Assembly: GCA_963785725.1 (NCBI GenBank)
Contig: CAWAWS010000026.1
Location: forward strand, 214,401-278,400
Length of the DNA: 64,000 nucleotides
Reading direction: 5' to 3'
DNA from: an uncultured delta proteobacterium
GTDB taxonomy: Bacteria > Myxococcota_A > Polyangia > Palsa-1104
Below are positions 50,214 through 58,720 of this stretch, one piece after another; positions within the stretch are counted from its first letter, which is position 1, and the number at the start of each line of letters is the position of its first letter. Both the position numbers and the translations under genes were made by a program. The notes under the pieces are model-generated. The model was not told the origin of the DNA, did not search any database, and was given only the letters and a program-made list of their open reading frames with translations.

Positions 50214-50783
50214 ATGTCCCGTTCGCCATCGCTTGCCCTGGTCGCGGCGTCCGCGTGGTTGGCCGTGGCCGCCGCCGGCTGCGGCACGCCCATCGACGGC
50301 GTCGACCACATGACGCCGCGTGCCGGCGGCGGCGTCACCATCATCGGCGACCACGCCGACTACGACGGCCTCGCCGAGCACGAGAACATCGCCTACGTGC
50401 GCATCGACCTCGACGACAGTGGTCAAGTGTCGAGCCGTGACGACATCAGCGAACAGACCGCCGACTCCTTCATGACGCCGGTCGCCCCACCGCTCTTCGC
50501 CGACGGCACGACGCTCGACGTCGTCCCGACGGTCGTCCCCGATCCCGAGTCGGAGCTGCCCGGCCCGCAGGTCGTGCGCGGCCTCGACGCGCACGGCAAC
50601 GAGCTGTGGCGCACGGCGCTGCCAATCGAACGAATCGCGGCTCAGGTCGCGGACACGAGCGGCGCGCGCATCGTCGCTGGCACGCCCGTGCAAACGGTCC
50701 TCGAAAAGAGCTACCACTTCGGGATCATCGTGCTCGAGCTGACCGCCCAAGGCGCCATCGTCTGGCAGCGCGCGCTCCATTGA
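50214..50783 (+). CDS. Hypothetical lipoprotein
   Basis: Lipobox AAGC; sigma-54-like CGG-TCCGCGCGTT-GCA at 50186-50201. Confidence 0.65.
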   Translation: MSRSPSLALVAASAWLAVAAAGCGTPIDGVDHMTPRAGGGVTIIGDHADYDGLAEHENIAYVRIDLDDSGQVSSRDDISEQTADSFMTPVAPPLFADGTTLDVVPTVVPDPESELPGPQVVRGLDAHGNELWRTALPIERIAAQVADTSGARIVAGTPVQTVLEKSYHFGIIVLELTAQGAIVWQRALH

Positions 50784-50876
50784 TGATCGCCATCATCGTC
50801 GCGCTGCACCGACGCCGGTAGCCTATCGCGATGCGGCTACCGACGCTCGAAGACGACCATCGACCCGTCCGCTGGG

Positions 50877-51236
50877 TCAGGCCGTGACGGCGGCGGCGAC
50901 GGCCAGCACGCCGAACAGCGCAATGACCACCTTCGGCTCCCAATATTCGATGAAGACGGAGCCGAACGCCAACCACGCCGCCGTCGCCGCCAACGTCACC
51001 GCGATCGCCGGCCACTGCCCGAGCAGCGGCAACGCCTGCCGCGCCACGATGAGCCCGATCACGCCGAACACGATCTGCCCCAGCGCGTAGGCGGTATTCA
51101 TCCCGTAAAAGAGCGTCGTCGCCGGCCCCGGCGCGCGCTTGCCGCGCAGGTACTGCGACAGCACGTCGACGACGAAGTGCATCGTCCCGCCGAACGTCAA
51201 CCAACCGTACGCCGCGTACACCAGACCCTTATGCAT
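50877..51236 (-). CDS. Small multi-pass membrane protein
   Basis: Four hydrophobic segments; AAGGA RBS. Confidence 0.75.
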   Translation of the reverse strand: MHKGLVYAAYGWLTFGGTMHFVVDVLSQYLRGKRAPGPATTLFYGMNTAYALGQIVFGVIGLIVARQALPLLGQWPAIAVTLAATAAWLAFGSVFIEYWEPKVVIALFGVLAVAAAVTA

Positions 51237-51346
51237 CGTGCTGATTCATCCTTGCGCACCAACATAGTCACTCGGTTTATGGAAAGCCTAGTGAATAGGA
51301 TGCATGCGGAACATCAAGCGCATCTATGGATGCTCCAGGCGCTGCG

Positions 51347-52123
51347 TCAGGCGCTGTAGCCGCCGTCGACGACGAGGCGCTGGCCGCTGACGAAGCCGGC
51401 GCGACGCGAGGCCAAGAAGGCGACGGCCTCGGCGATGTCGTCGGCGCTGCCGAAGCGGCCGAGCGGCGTGTTGCGGCGCGTGGCGTCGAGCCATTCGGGG
51501 GTGATCTCGGCGGCAGCCGTCAGTCGCTGGAACATGCCGGCGTCGACGACGCCGACGGCGACGCTGTTGGCGCGCACGCCGTAGCGCCCTTCTTCGCGGG
51601 CGATGCCGCGCAACAGCGCTTCGATGGCGGCTTTGGGCGCCGTCGACAGGATGTCGCGCACGGGATGGCGCGCCAAGCCGGCGCTGGTGACGGCGACGAC
51701 CGAGCCGCGGCCGGCGCGCAACGCCGGCAGCGTGGCGTGGACGAGGTGGAAGAAGCCGTCGCAGTCGGCGCGCATGACGGCGTGGAACTCCGGCGGCGTG
51801 ACCTGGCTGACGTAGCGCATGCGGATGTCGCTGCCGGCCGCGTGCACGACGGTGTGCAGCGGCCCGAGCGCGGCCGTCGCGCGCGCGACGACGTCGGCGA
51901 CCGCCGCCGCGTCCGCGAGGTCGAGCGCGAACGCCGTCGCGACGACGCCGGCGTCGGCCAGCGCGCGCACGGTCGCGTCGGCGGCCTCGCGATTGCGGCG
52001 GTAGGTCAAGGCGACGCGCGCGCCGCCGCGTCCGAGCCGAGCGCAGATGGCCCGTCCGAGCCCGCCGCTGCCGCCGGCCACGAGCGCGCAGCCGTCGGGG
52101 AATTCCTGATCCGGTTCGCTCAT
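51347..52123 (-). CDS. SDR oxidoreductase lacking the catalytic Tyr
   Basis: AGGSGGLG, HAAG, LSTAPK in place of YxxxK, PLGRFG, VDGGY. Confidence 0.9.
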   Translation of the reverse strand: MSEPDQEFPDGCALVAGGSGGLGRAICARLGRGGARVALTYRRNREAADATVRALADAGVVATAFALDLADAAAVADVVARATAALGPLHTVVHAAGSDIRMRYVSQVTPPEFHAVMRADCDGFFHLVHATLPALRAGRGSVVAVTSAGLARHPVRDILSTAPKAAIEALLRGIAREEGRYGVRANSVAVGVVDAGMFQRLTAAAEITPEWLDATRRNTPLGRFGSADDIAEAVAFLASRRAGFVSGQRLVVDGGYSA

Positions 52124-52206
52124 GAGTGTCCTTTGCCGCTTCTCGTCAGCGCCGAGGCGCCCGTCACGTTGTATCCGATTCCGGCCGCGGTCGCGTGCGC
52201 CACGAC

Positions 52207-52220
52207 TGAAACATGTTCTA
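52207..52220. promoter_or_regulatory. KstR-like operator
   Basis: TGAAACATGTTCTA fits TnnAACnnGTTnnA exactly. Confidence 0.5.
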
Positions 52221-52439
52221 GCGCGACCGCGTTTCCCGATCAATCGGCGGACGACGAGCGACCGATGAAGCCGGCGGAACACGAAATCGCTCGCGCGCGT
52301 GGCGAGGGCGAGATACCGCAGGCAGACCAATCGTTGGTGGCGGTGAGGGCGACGCCGCAATTGCCGCGCATGGGCCGCGCCGGCGGGCGCGCCGCGGGCG
52401 CCGCGTCCAAGCGCGCGGCGACGCGGCGCGTGCGCGGCG

Positions 52440-53273
52440 TCAGACGGCGACGGCGCTGGGCGCGACCGCGAGCATGCGCGGCACGTCGAGCAGGAACGCG
52501 TGCTGGTTCGACAGCTTCTTCGTCTTGTGCACCCACAGCGTGCGCACGCTGCCGTCGTCGACGACGAGATGGATGATGCGATCGTCGACGGCGACGTGCG
52601 CGATGCGCGTGCGTGGCAGCGCTTCCGTCTTCTTGTTCTCCAACAGGATCCCGAGCGCTCCCACGCGCGCGTCGAACAGGAACAGCCGCCGATTGGTCAA
52701 CGCCACGAAGCGCGCCGTCGTCCGTGCCTGCTGCAGCGCCCCGCCCTCGGGCACGCGATCGAACGTATACGCCTGGTGCTGCACGGTCTCGCCCGCCTCC
52801 AATAGCGGCGCCACCTGCTCCTGGATGAACCGATCTTCCTTCGTCTCGATCAGCGGCGGACCGTACGAAATCGGCCGCGACGCCACTTCGGCCGCGCGCG
52901 CTTGCAGTCGCCGCGTCTTCAGCATCGCCGCCGCCTTGTACCAAATCGCCGTGATGACGAGCACGATCCACAGCGAATAGCCGAACGCATACTCGAACCA
53001 CGGAATCTGGTAGCTCGGCAGCGGATTGGGCAGCGCCGCCGTCGACTGCAGCTCCTTTATCTTGGCCGCGTCGAGCTTGAAGTACGTCGTCACCTTGCCC
53101 TTGTTGCTGTCGACGGCGAGGACATAGCCGTCATCGCTGAGCTTGACGCCGGCGCCGATGAACAGCTTCGAGAACTTGTGGGCCAAGCAGAGCGACTCGT
53201 TGTCTGGCCCTTTGATCTCGAGGTGCTGAATGCAGGTGATCGTGTCGTCGGTGCCGAAGAGCAGCGTTCCCAT
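52440..53273 (-). CDS. Hypothetical membrane protein with PH-like C-terminal domain
   Basis: GGAGG RBS; central TM helix; LEAGETV...VALTNRRLFLF. Confidence 0.7.
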   Translation of the reverse strand: MGTLLFGTDDTITCIQHLEIKGPDNESLCLAHKFSKLFIGAGVKLSDDGYVLAVDSNKGKVTTYFKLDAAKIKELQSTAALPNPLPSYQIPWFEYAFGYSLWIVLVITAIWYKAAAMLKTRRLQARAAEVASRPISYGPPLIETKEDRFIQEQVAPLLEAGETVQHQAYTFDRVPEGGALQQARTTARFVALTNRRLFLFDARVGALGILLENKKTEALPRTRIAHVAVDDRIIHLVVDDGSVRTLWVHKTKKLSNQHAFLLDVPRMLAVAPSAVAV

Positions 53274-53493
53274 CGTGCCTCCATTTGGTCGGACGCTCTT
53301 GCCGCGCTCGCGATAAGAGCGACTGTGCGCTTTGCACGTCTTGGACCGACAGCGCGATCACGATAATCAAGCAGCTTTCGTCACTGGACAACGGCAAAGG
53401 CAACCGAATCTGCCAGGGTCAAAAGCCCCACTAGCCACTGTCTCGACGAGGAGACGGCGCGAGTGGCGAGGTCGATCCGCTCTTCGCGACGGC

Positions 53494-53817
53494 TCAGCGA
53501 GGCGCCGGCGGGATCTCGCGCGTCGCCGGGTGCTGCCAGCGCACGCGGCCGGTCGCGCGCAGCGCCTGCGCCGACCCCCAGAAGGCGCCGCACAGCACGA
53601 AGGCCGCCAGACAGACGTGACCGGCCACGCGAAAGCGCCAGAAGCCAATGATGATCAGTGACATTATTACTAGCAGCAGCGCCGCCACATACACTTCGAA
53701 GACGACGATGTCGGCGACCCAGCCTGTGCACACGTTGGCGTACTGCACGGCGAAGGCGGCGCCGGCGCCGCACGCGGCGGCGACGACGAGCGCGGCCTGG
53801 AGACGGCGAAGGGCCAT
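53494..53817 (-). CDS. Hypothetical small membrane protein
   Basis: Three hydrophobic stretches; atypical codons. Confidence 0.45.
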   Translation of the reverse strand: MALRRLQAALVVAAACGAGAAFAVQYANVCTGWVADIVVFEVYVAALLLVIMSLIIIGFWRFRVAGHVCLAAFVLCGAFWGSAQALRATGRVRWQHPATREIPPAPR

Positions 53818-53940
53818 ATTCAGCTGACGCGCGCCGGCGGAAAAGTCGCAGCAGGTGTCGTCGTCGCTGCCGATCTCGCGGCGGCGCCGGCCTTGCGGCC
53901 ACGGTGACTTGCGGTCAATCCAGCGATCGGCGGCGCTTCG

Positions 53941-54456
53941 TCAGCGACGATCGGCGGCGGCGACGCGGCTGTCGAAGCGCTGCATCGGCCCGCGCCAGCG
54001 TGTGTCGTCGCGCACGAAGTCGGCGAGCTCCCCACGCGCGTAGCGCGCGATGACGCGGCGCCAGAAGCGCGTGGCCGCGACATTCTGCGGCTTTTGGCGC
54101 ACCTCCCACCACCCGGCGAATTGGTCGAACAGCCAGCGGGCGGCCTCCTCGCCGACGCCGCGGCGGCGATATTTGCGCAGCACGCAGAACTCCGCCAGGT
54201 CACACACCGACTCGTCACCGTCGATGTAGCTGCGCTGCTGCACGAGCGCGAACCCGGCCAGCTGCCCGTCGACGCGCAGCAAGAACGCGTGACAGCGGGG
54301 GTCGCGCCAATAGCAGTCGAGGTCGGGCAGCGCGAAGTGGCCATCGTCGCGCACGTCGAGGCCCAGGATCTCGCTGAAGTCGTAGCCGTAGAGCTGGAAC
54401 AGCGCCATGAGGCGCGGGCGATCGTCGGCCGTCGCGCGGGTGATGACGAGGCTCAC
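53941..54456 (-). CDS. GNAT family N-acetyltransferase
   Basis: LFQLYGYDFSE, EFCVLRKYRRRGVG, N.AA.RFW; GTGA overlap. Confidence 0.9.
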   Translation of the reverse strand: MSLVITRATADDRPRLMALFQLYGYDFSEILGLDVRDDGHFALPDLDCYWRDPRCHAFLLRVDGQLAGFALVQQRSYIDGDESVCDLAEFCVLRKYRRRGVGEEAARWLFDQFAGWWEVRQKPQNVAATRFWRRVIARYARGELADFVRDDTRWRGPMQRFDSRVAAADRR

Positions 54457-54848
54457 GCGCCGCTCCGGCGCGCGGCCAGCTCGGTGAGCACCATGTCGAA
54501 GAGCACGTCGAACTCTTTGACGCGCGCCTGGCCCGGCTTCGTCTTCATGCCGCAGCTGGCCTCGGCCGCGACGAGGTCGGCCAAGTCGGCGCCGCCGTCG
54601 TTGGAGCGCACGTGCGCCAAGAAGCGCTGCGCCTCTTCGGTGTCGGCGATGGCGCGCTCGCCGCGCAGCTCGAAGTAGCCGCACTCTTCAATCATGCGCC
54701 GCAGATGCTCGGTCGAACGCGTCGCCAGCTCGCGCTGCAGCCTCAGCTTCTCCCGCAGCCGCACGACCTCCTCCTTGGCCTTGGCGCGCCGCACATAGAG
54801 CGCGACGCTCAGCGGCAGCGCGACCGCGACGACGAGAATCGGGCTCAT
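54453..54848 (-). CDS. Hypothetical protein with N-terminal anchor and coiled coil
   Basis: Coupled to the GNAT gene; TATCGT 6 nt before ATG. Confidence 0.65.
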   Translation of the reverse strand: MSPILVVAVALPLSVALYVRRAKAKEEVVRLREKLRLQRELATRSTEHLRRMIEECGYFELRGERAIADTEEAQRFLAHVRSNDGGADLADLVAAEASCGMKTKPGQARVKEFDVLFDMVLTELAARRSGA

Positions 54849-54866
54849 GCGCAAACGATACGCGCG

Positions 54867-55029
54867 CTAGGGGCTGTTCTCAATTGGCGGACCGAGCCAA
54901 GCGCCGCGAGGAGCCGCGGCTGCGAGGCGCGAAGAGCGAAGCTACTGGCGGTAACTGAGCGATGAGCAACGAAGCAGACGCGGCCCGCAGCAAGCTTGGC
55001 GACGGGAGCTGATTGAGAACAGCCCCTAG
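54867..55029. mobile_element. MITE-like non-autonomous element
   Basis: Perfect 18-bp terminal inverted repeats CTAGGGGCTGTTCTCAAT / ATTGAGAACAGCCCCTAG; CTAG at both ends; self-complementary interior. Confidence 0.8.
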
Positions 55030-56390
55030 TGCTTGGGCGCGCTCCCCTTCTGCAGCGCCGCGGCCGCCAGCTTCTGCGCGGTCTCCAAGGCCTGCGCCGC
55101 CGGCACTTTGACCTCGGGCACGACGCCTTTGCCCTCCCAGTCGGTCTTCGTCACCGGGTTGATCGGCCGCGCGTTGGGCACGCCGATGGCGAAGTGGTCG
55201 TCGATTCGCCGCATCGTCGTCGGATGCGCGCCGCCGCCCGTCGTCTCGCCGACGATCGTCGCGCGCTTCAGGTTCTGCAGGTCGTAGCTGAACTCCTCGG
55301 CGGCCGAGAACGTCTCGCCCGACGTCAACACGTAGACGGGCTTGCCGCCGAGCTTGCTGCCCGGGACCTCCGGCTTCGTCCAGAACTCGCGGCGTTTGCC
55401 CGATTGCTGCTGGAAGAGATCGTTGAGATGCGTCCGCTGATCGAACAGATAGGATGCGATGTAAGCGACCATGTTGGGATCGCCGCCGTGGTTGTCGCGC
55501 AGGTCGAAGATGATGGCGTCGACGTGCGACAAGAAGCTCATCGCCGCCGTCACCGTCGCCGCGCACACCCGCGCGTCGAAGAAGCCGTCGAACTTGACGT
55601 AGCCGACGTTGTGCTCGAGCCGCTCCACCTTTTGGAACGCGCAGTTCTCGTGCTGCATCTCGGCGCGATCGTCGGCATCGGGCGCCGGACCATCGTCGTC
55701 GGCATCGTCGGGCGGATCGGGCGGAATCTTGGGCGCGCACACGACGCGCAAGTGTCCGTCGTGGCTCACCGCCTTCAAGTCCTCGGTCAAGCGCATCGCC
55801 AAGTCTTCGCCGTCGACGATGGCGTCGTACTCGCCCTTCTTCTGATGCGCGCGCATGGCGGCGACCATCTGCTTGGCGACCGCCGGATAGACGTAAGACG
55901 CGGTCAGCTTGGCCGCGACGCCGTCGAGGACCCGCGTGCGCGTGGCGGCGTCGACGGGAATGTCGAGGTCGGCGGCGGTCATGCCGGGCGGAATGGCGCG
56001 CAAGCCGAAGTCGACGACGGTGGCCGGATCGGCATCTTTGACGACGATGTTGCCGACGCCGACGCGCGGGCTCGAGCGCTCCTGCACGCGGAAGCGGATG
56101 CGTAGCCGCTCGCTCTTGTCGACGGCGACGAGGTTGAAGCCGCCCGTGCGCCGGCGAAACGACAGCGTCTGGTCGGCCGAGCCCTTCGGCTCGTAACGCG
56201 CGTGATAGGCGGCGATGCGCGCCGGATCGGCGCTATTGAAGGCGTCGAGCCACGCCCCCAGCGTGTGTCCGGCGGGCGTGTCGGGGATCGCCGGCGCCGT
56301 CATGGTCGGCTCGGCGCGGGCGTCGGCGCTCGCAAAGACCGTGACAAAGAGGCTCAGCGTGAGGACGACGACGGTCGAGAGTCTCCGCAT
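55026..56390 (-). CDS. S41 family peptidase (IRBP-like)
   Basis: DLRDNHGG, TFSAAEEF, VGETTGGGAH, WEGKGVVP. Confidence 0.93.
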   Translation of the reverse strand: MRRLSTVVVLTLSLFVTVFASADARAEPTMTAPAIPDTPAGHTLGAWLDAFNSADPARIAAYHARYEPKGSADQTLSFRRRTGGFNLVAVDKSERLRIRFRVQERSSPRVGVGNIVVKDADPATVVDFGLRAIPPGMTAADLDIPVDAATRTRVLDGVAAKLTASYVYPAVAKQMVAAMRAHQKKGEYDAIVDGEDLAMRLTEDLKAVSHDGHLRVVCAPKIPPDPPDDADDDGPAPDADDRAEMQHENCAFQKVERLEHNVGYVKFDGFFDARVCAATVTAAMSFLSHVDAIIFDLRDNHGGDPNMVAYIASYLFDQRTHLNDLFQQQSGKRREFWTKPEVPGSKLGGKPVYVLTSGETFSAAEEFSYDLQNLKRATIVGETTGGGAHPTTMRRIDDHFAIGVPNARPINPVTKTDWEGKGVVPEVKVPAAQALETAQKLAAAALQKGSAPKH

Positions 56391-56429
56391 GCGCCAACGT
56401 TACCGCGCCGGCCGCCGCGAATAAAGTGA

Positions 56430-56933
56430 CTACGGCTTCGGCTTTTGCAGCCACTCGTTGAGGAACACCGCCTCTTTGGCCCAGGCGGCGCGGATCTCCT
56501 TCTCGGCCGCCGATTCGATGACGCCGCCTAAGCCGAACACCTTGCCCTCGACGGTGGCCGAGTTGATGCGGCGGCACTTGCCGTCGGCGAGCGGCTCGAC
56601 GCGGATGCTGCCGTGCGTCGCGACCAGCTCCTTCTTTTTCTTGCCGCCGCCGTCCTGCGCCATCTGCCAGCGCCAGGTGTTGCCGGCGCGGTCGAGCGTG
56701 CCGTGCTCCTCGTAGGCGAACGTGTCCCCGACGAGCTTCTCGATCACCGCCGGCAAGTTCATGCGCGGCACGGTGCGCACCTTGCGCCCCGTCGGCGTCA
56801 GCTCGAGGATGTCGAACTCCTTGAACGCCAGCACGTCGGCGAACAGCTTGCGCATGTATTGCTCGTCGAGAAACGTGTTCCAGAAGGTGTCGACGCTACA
56901 GGGGACGATGAAGGTCTCTTCGATGGTCTTCAT
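56430..56933 (-). CDS. DUF2505 (START/SRPBCC-like) protein
   Basis: FWNTFLDEQY, YEEHG, KVFGLGGVIE. Confidence 0.8.
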   Translation of the reverse strand: MKTIEETFIVPCSVDTFWNTFLDEQYMRKLFADVLAFKEFDILELTPTGRKVRTVPRMNLPAVIEKLVGDTFAYEEHGTLDRAGNTWRWQMAQDGGGKKKKELVATHGSIRVEPLADGKCRRINSATVEGKVFGLGGVIESAAEKEIRAAWAKEAVFLNEWLQKPKP

Positions 56934-57088
56934 GGCTGGCTCCATTCGAGCGCGATTCGGCTCCGTTGGTTTTAGGGCCCTGGCAGCCCGCCGCCAACGA
57001 CAACGCAGCATACCCGAGCCGCGCCGCCGCGCACGCCTTTGCCGCCGATGACCGCGCGGTAGGAGCGGCCGCGTGCCGGCGCGCCGCG

Positions 57089-58642
57089 CTAGAGTCGCCC
57101 CGGCGCGACCGCGGACGACGAAGCGCCCGACGCGACGGCACGGGCCGGCGACGACGGCGCCGAATCACGCGGCGCCGGCACGTAGACGTGCAGCTCGCCC
57201 ACCGTCGCCGCCTGCACGTAGCCGCAGCGCAACGCCGCCAGCAGCGCGGGCGCGAAGCGGTCTTCGTGACGCCGGGCCGGCGCCGCTTCGGCGAGCGAGA
57301 AATCGAGGAGAACCCGGGTCAGCTGCTGCTGCCGCGCCAGGTCGATGAGCGGCGCTTCGCTCCACAGCCGTCGCTGCGCCAGCTGATGCGCGAAAAAGGG
57401 GATGATGACGGGCGGCCGACCGGCGGCCGTCGCCAGCCAGGTGCGCTCGGCCAGCACCGGCCCGCTCGTCGACGCCAGCGTCTGCCGCGCCAGGGTCAGC
57501 TCGCGCTCGGCGCGCGGCAAGACGACGAGCACGAGCGGCACCAGCTTCACCAGCGTCTGCAGCGACGCCGCCGCGACGTGCAGCCGCTGCCAGCGCGCGC
57601 CGAGCCCGAGCTCGGCCGCGATCGTCGAAGCGATGACCAGCGCCAGCAGCCACTCGAGCAGGTAATTCGCCGACGAGCCGACGCGCGCCAGCGCCAACAG
57701 CCACACGCTGCCGAGCGCGCAGGCCACGAGCCAAGGCTCGAGCACGGCCGCCGCCGGCACGGGGACGCGACGCCGGCGCCGCACGAGCCCGGCGACGACG
57801 ACCAGCGCCGCCGCGCTCGGCAGCACCTCGGTCAGCGTCAGCGCCGCCAAGTCCGACAGCCGCCAGCCGGTCTGCGTCCACGCGACGAGCGGCACCAGCA
57901 GATGCAGCCGCCACACGCTGACACCGACGAGCGCGACCAGCGTCAGGCCGAAGCCGAGCGCCTGTCGCGGCTGCCGCCACAGCGCCCAGCCGAGCACCCC
58001 GAGCGGCAAGACGACGAGGTTGTGCTTGCACAGGAGCGCCAGCGCGAACAGCAGCGCGGCGACCAGCGGCCAGCCGCGCACGCGCAGCGCCACCGTCGTC
58101 ATCGCCAGCGCCGCCAGGCCGAGCGCGAAGAGATCGCCGCGCCCGCTGGCGCCGAAGTAGACGAGCTGCGTCGTCGTCGCCACCAGCAGCGCCGCCTGTG
58201 AGCCGGCGCGCGTCGAGCCGGTGGCGCGCGCGACGCACAGCCGCGCCGCCAGCGCCGTCAGGACGAGCCCGCACAGCGACAGCAGGCGCGCCACGGTGAG
58301 GATCGCGCCGTCCGACGGCGCCAGCTTGGCGACGAGCCACAGCTGCAGCGGCGGATAGTGCGTCAGCCGCAGCGGCAGCGCCGTCAAGGGGCCATAGATC
58401 GGCTGACCATGGCGCAGGAGCCAGATCCACGTCGCCGTGTCGCTCTCGCCATAATCGAACGGCGCCGGGCTCGTGAGCGTGCGGACGACGAGGACGAGCG
58501 CCGTCGCCAGCGCCGCGCGCTGCAGCCCGTCGACGATGGCCAAGCGTCGCGGCCGTTGCAGCTGGCGAGTCCAGGTCGTGATCGCGTGCGGATGCGGTAG
58601 CGGGAGCCGTTCATCGTTCGCAGAGAGCCGGAAGGAGGACAT
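57089..58642 (-). CDS. Polytopic GT-C-like glycosyltransferase (ArnT/PMT-like)
   Basis: DYGE loop, YPPL, RGD, K-H/N after a TM helix, GSSANY; many TM helices. Confidence 0.7.
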   Translation of the reverse strand: MSSFRLSANDERLPLPHPHAITTWTRQLQRPRRLAIVDGLQRAALATALVLVVRTLTSPAPFDYGESDTATWIWLLRHGQPIYGPLTALPLRLTHYPPLQLWLVAKLAPSDGAILTVARLLSLCGLVLTALAARLCVARATGSTRAGSQAALLVATTTQLVYFGASGRGDLFALGLAALAMTTVALRVRGWPLVAALLFALALLCKHNLVVLPLGVLGWALWRQPRQALGFGLTLVALVGVSVWRLHLLVPLVAWTQTGWRLSDLAALTLTEVLPSAAALVVVAGLVRRRRRVPVPAAAVLEPWLVACALGSVWLLALARVGSSANYLLEWLLALVIASTIAAELGLGARWQRLHVAAASLQTLVKLVPLVLVVLPRAERELTLARQTLASTSGPVLAERTWLATAAGRPPVIIPFFAHQLAQRRLWSEAPLIDLARQQQLTRVLLDFSLAEAAPARRHEDRFAPALLAALRCGYVQAATVGELHVYVPAPRDSAPSSPARAVASGASSSAVAPGRL

Positions 58643-58720
58643 GGTGAGCACGCGCCACCGTCGCGGGACGGCAATGCTCGAAGAGCCGCGAGCCGCGGCA
58701 AACGGCTCAGCGGCGACGCC

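Noticed and set aside
53385..53450. GGCAAA...AAAGCC segment resembling a c-di-GMP-I riboswitch or attC site
   Set aside because: Lacks the GNRA-loop stem and receptor pairing; wrong strand for the adjacent gene; no attC core sites or integrase
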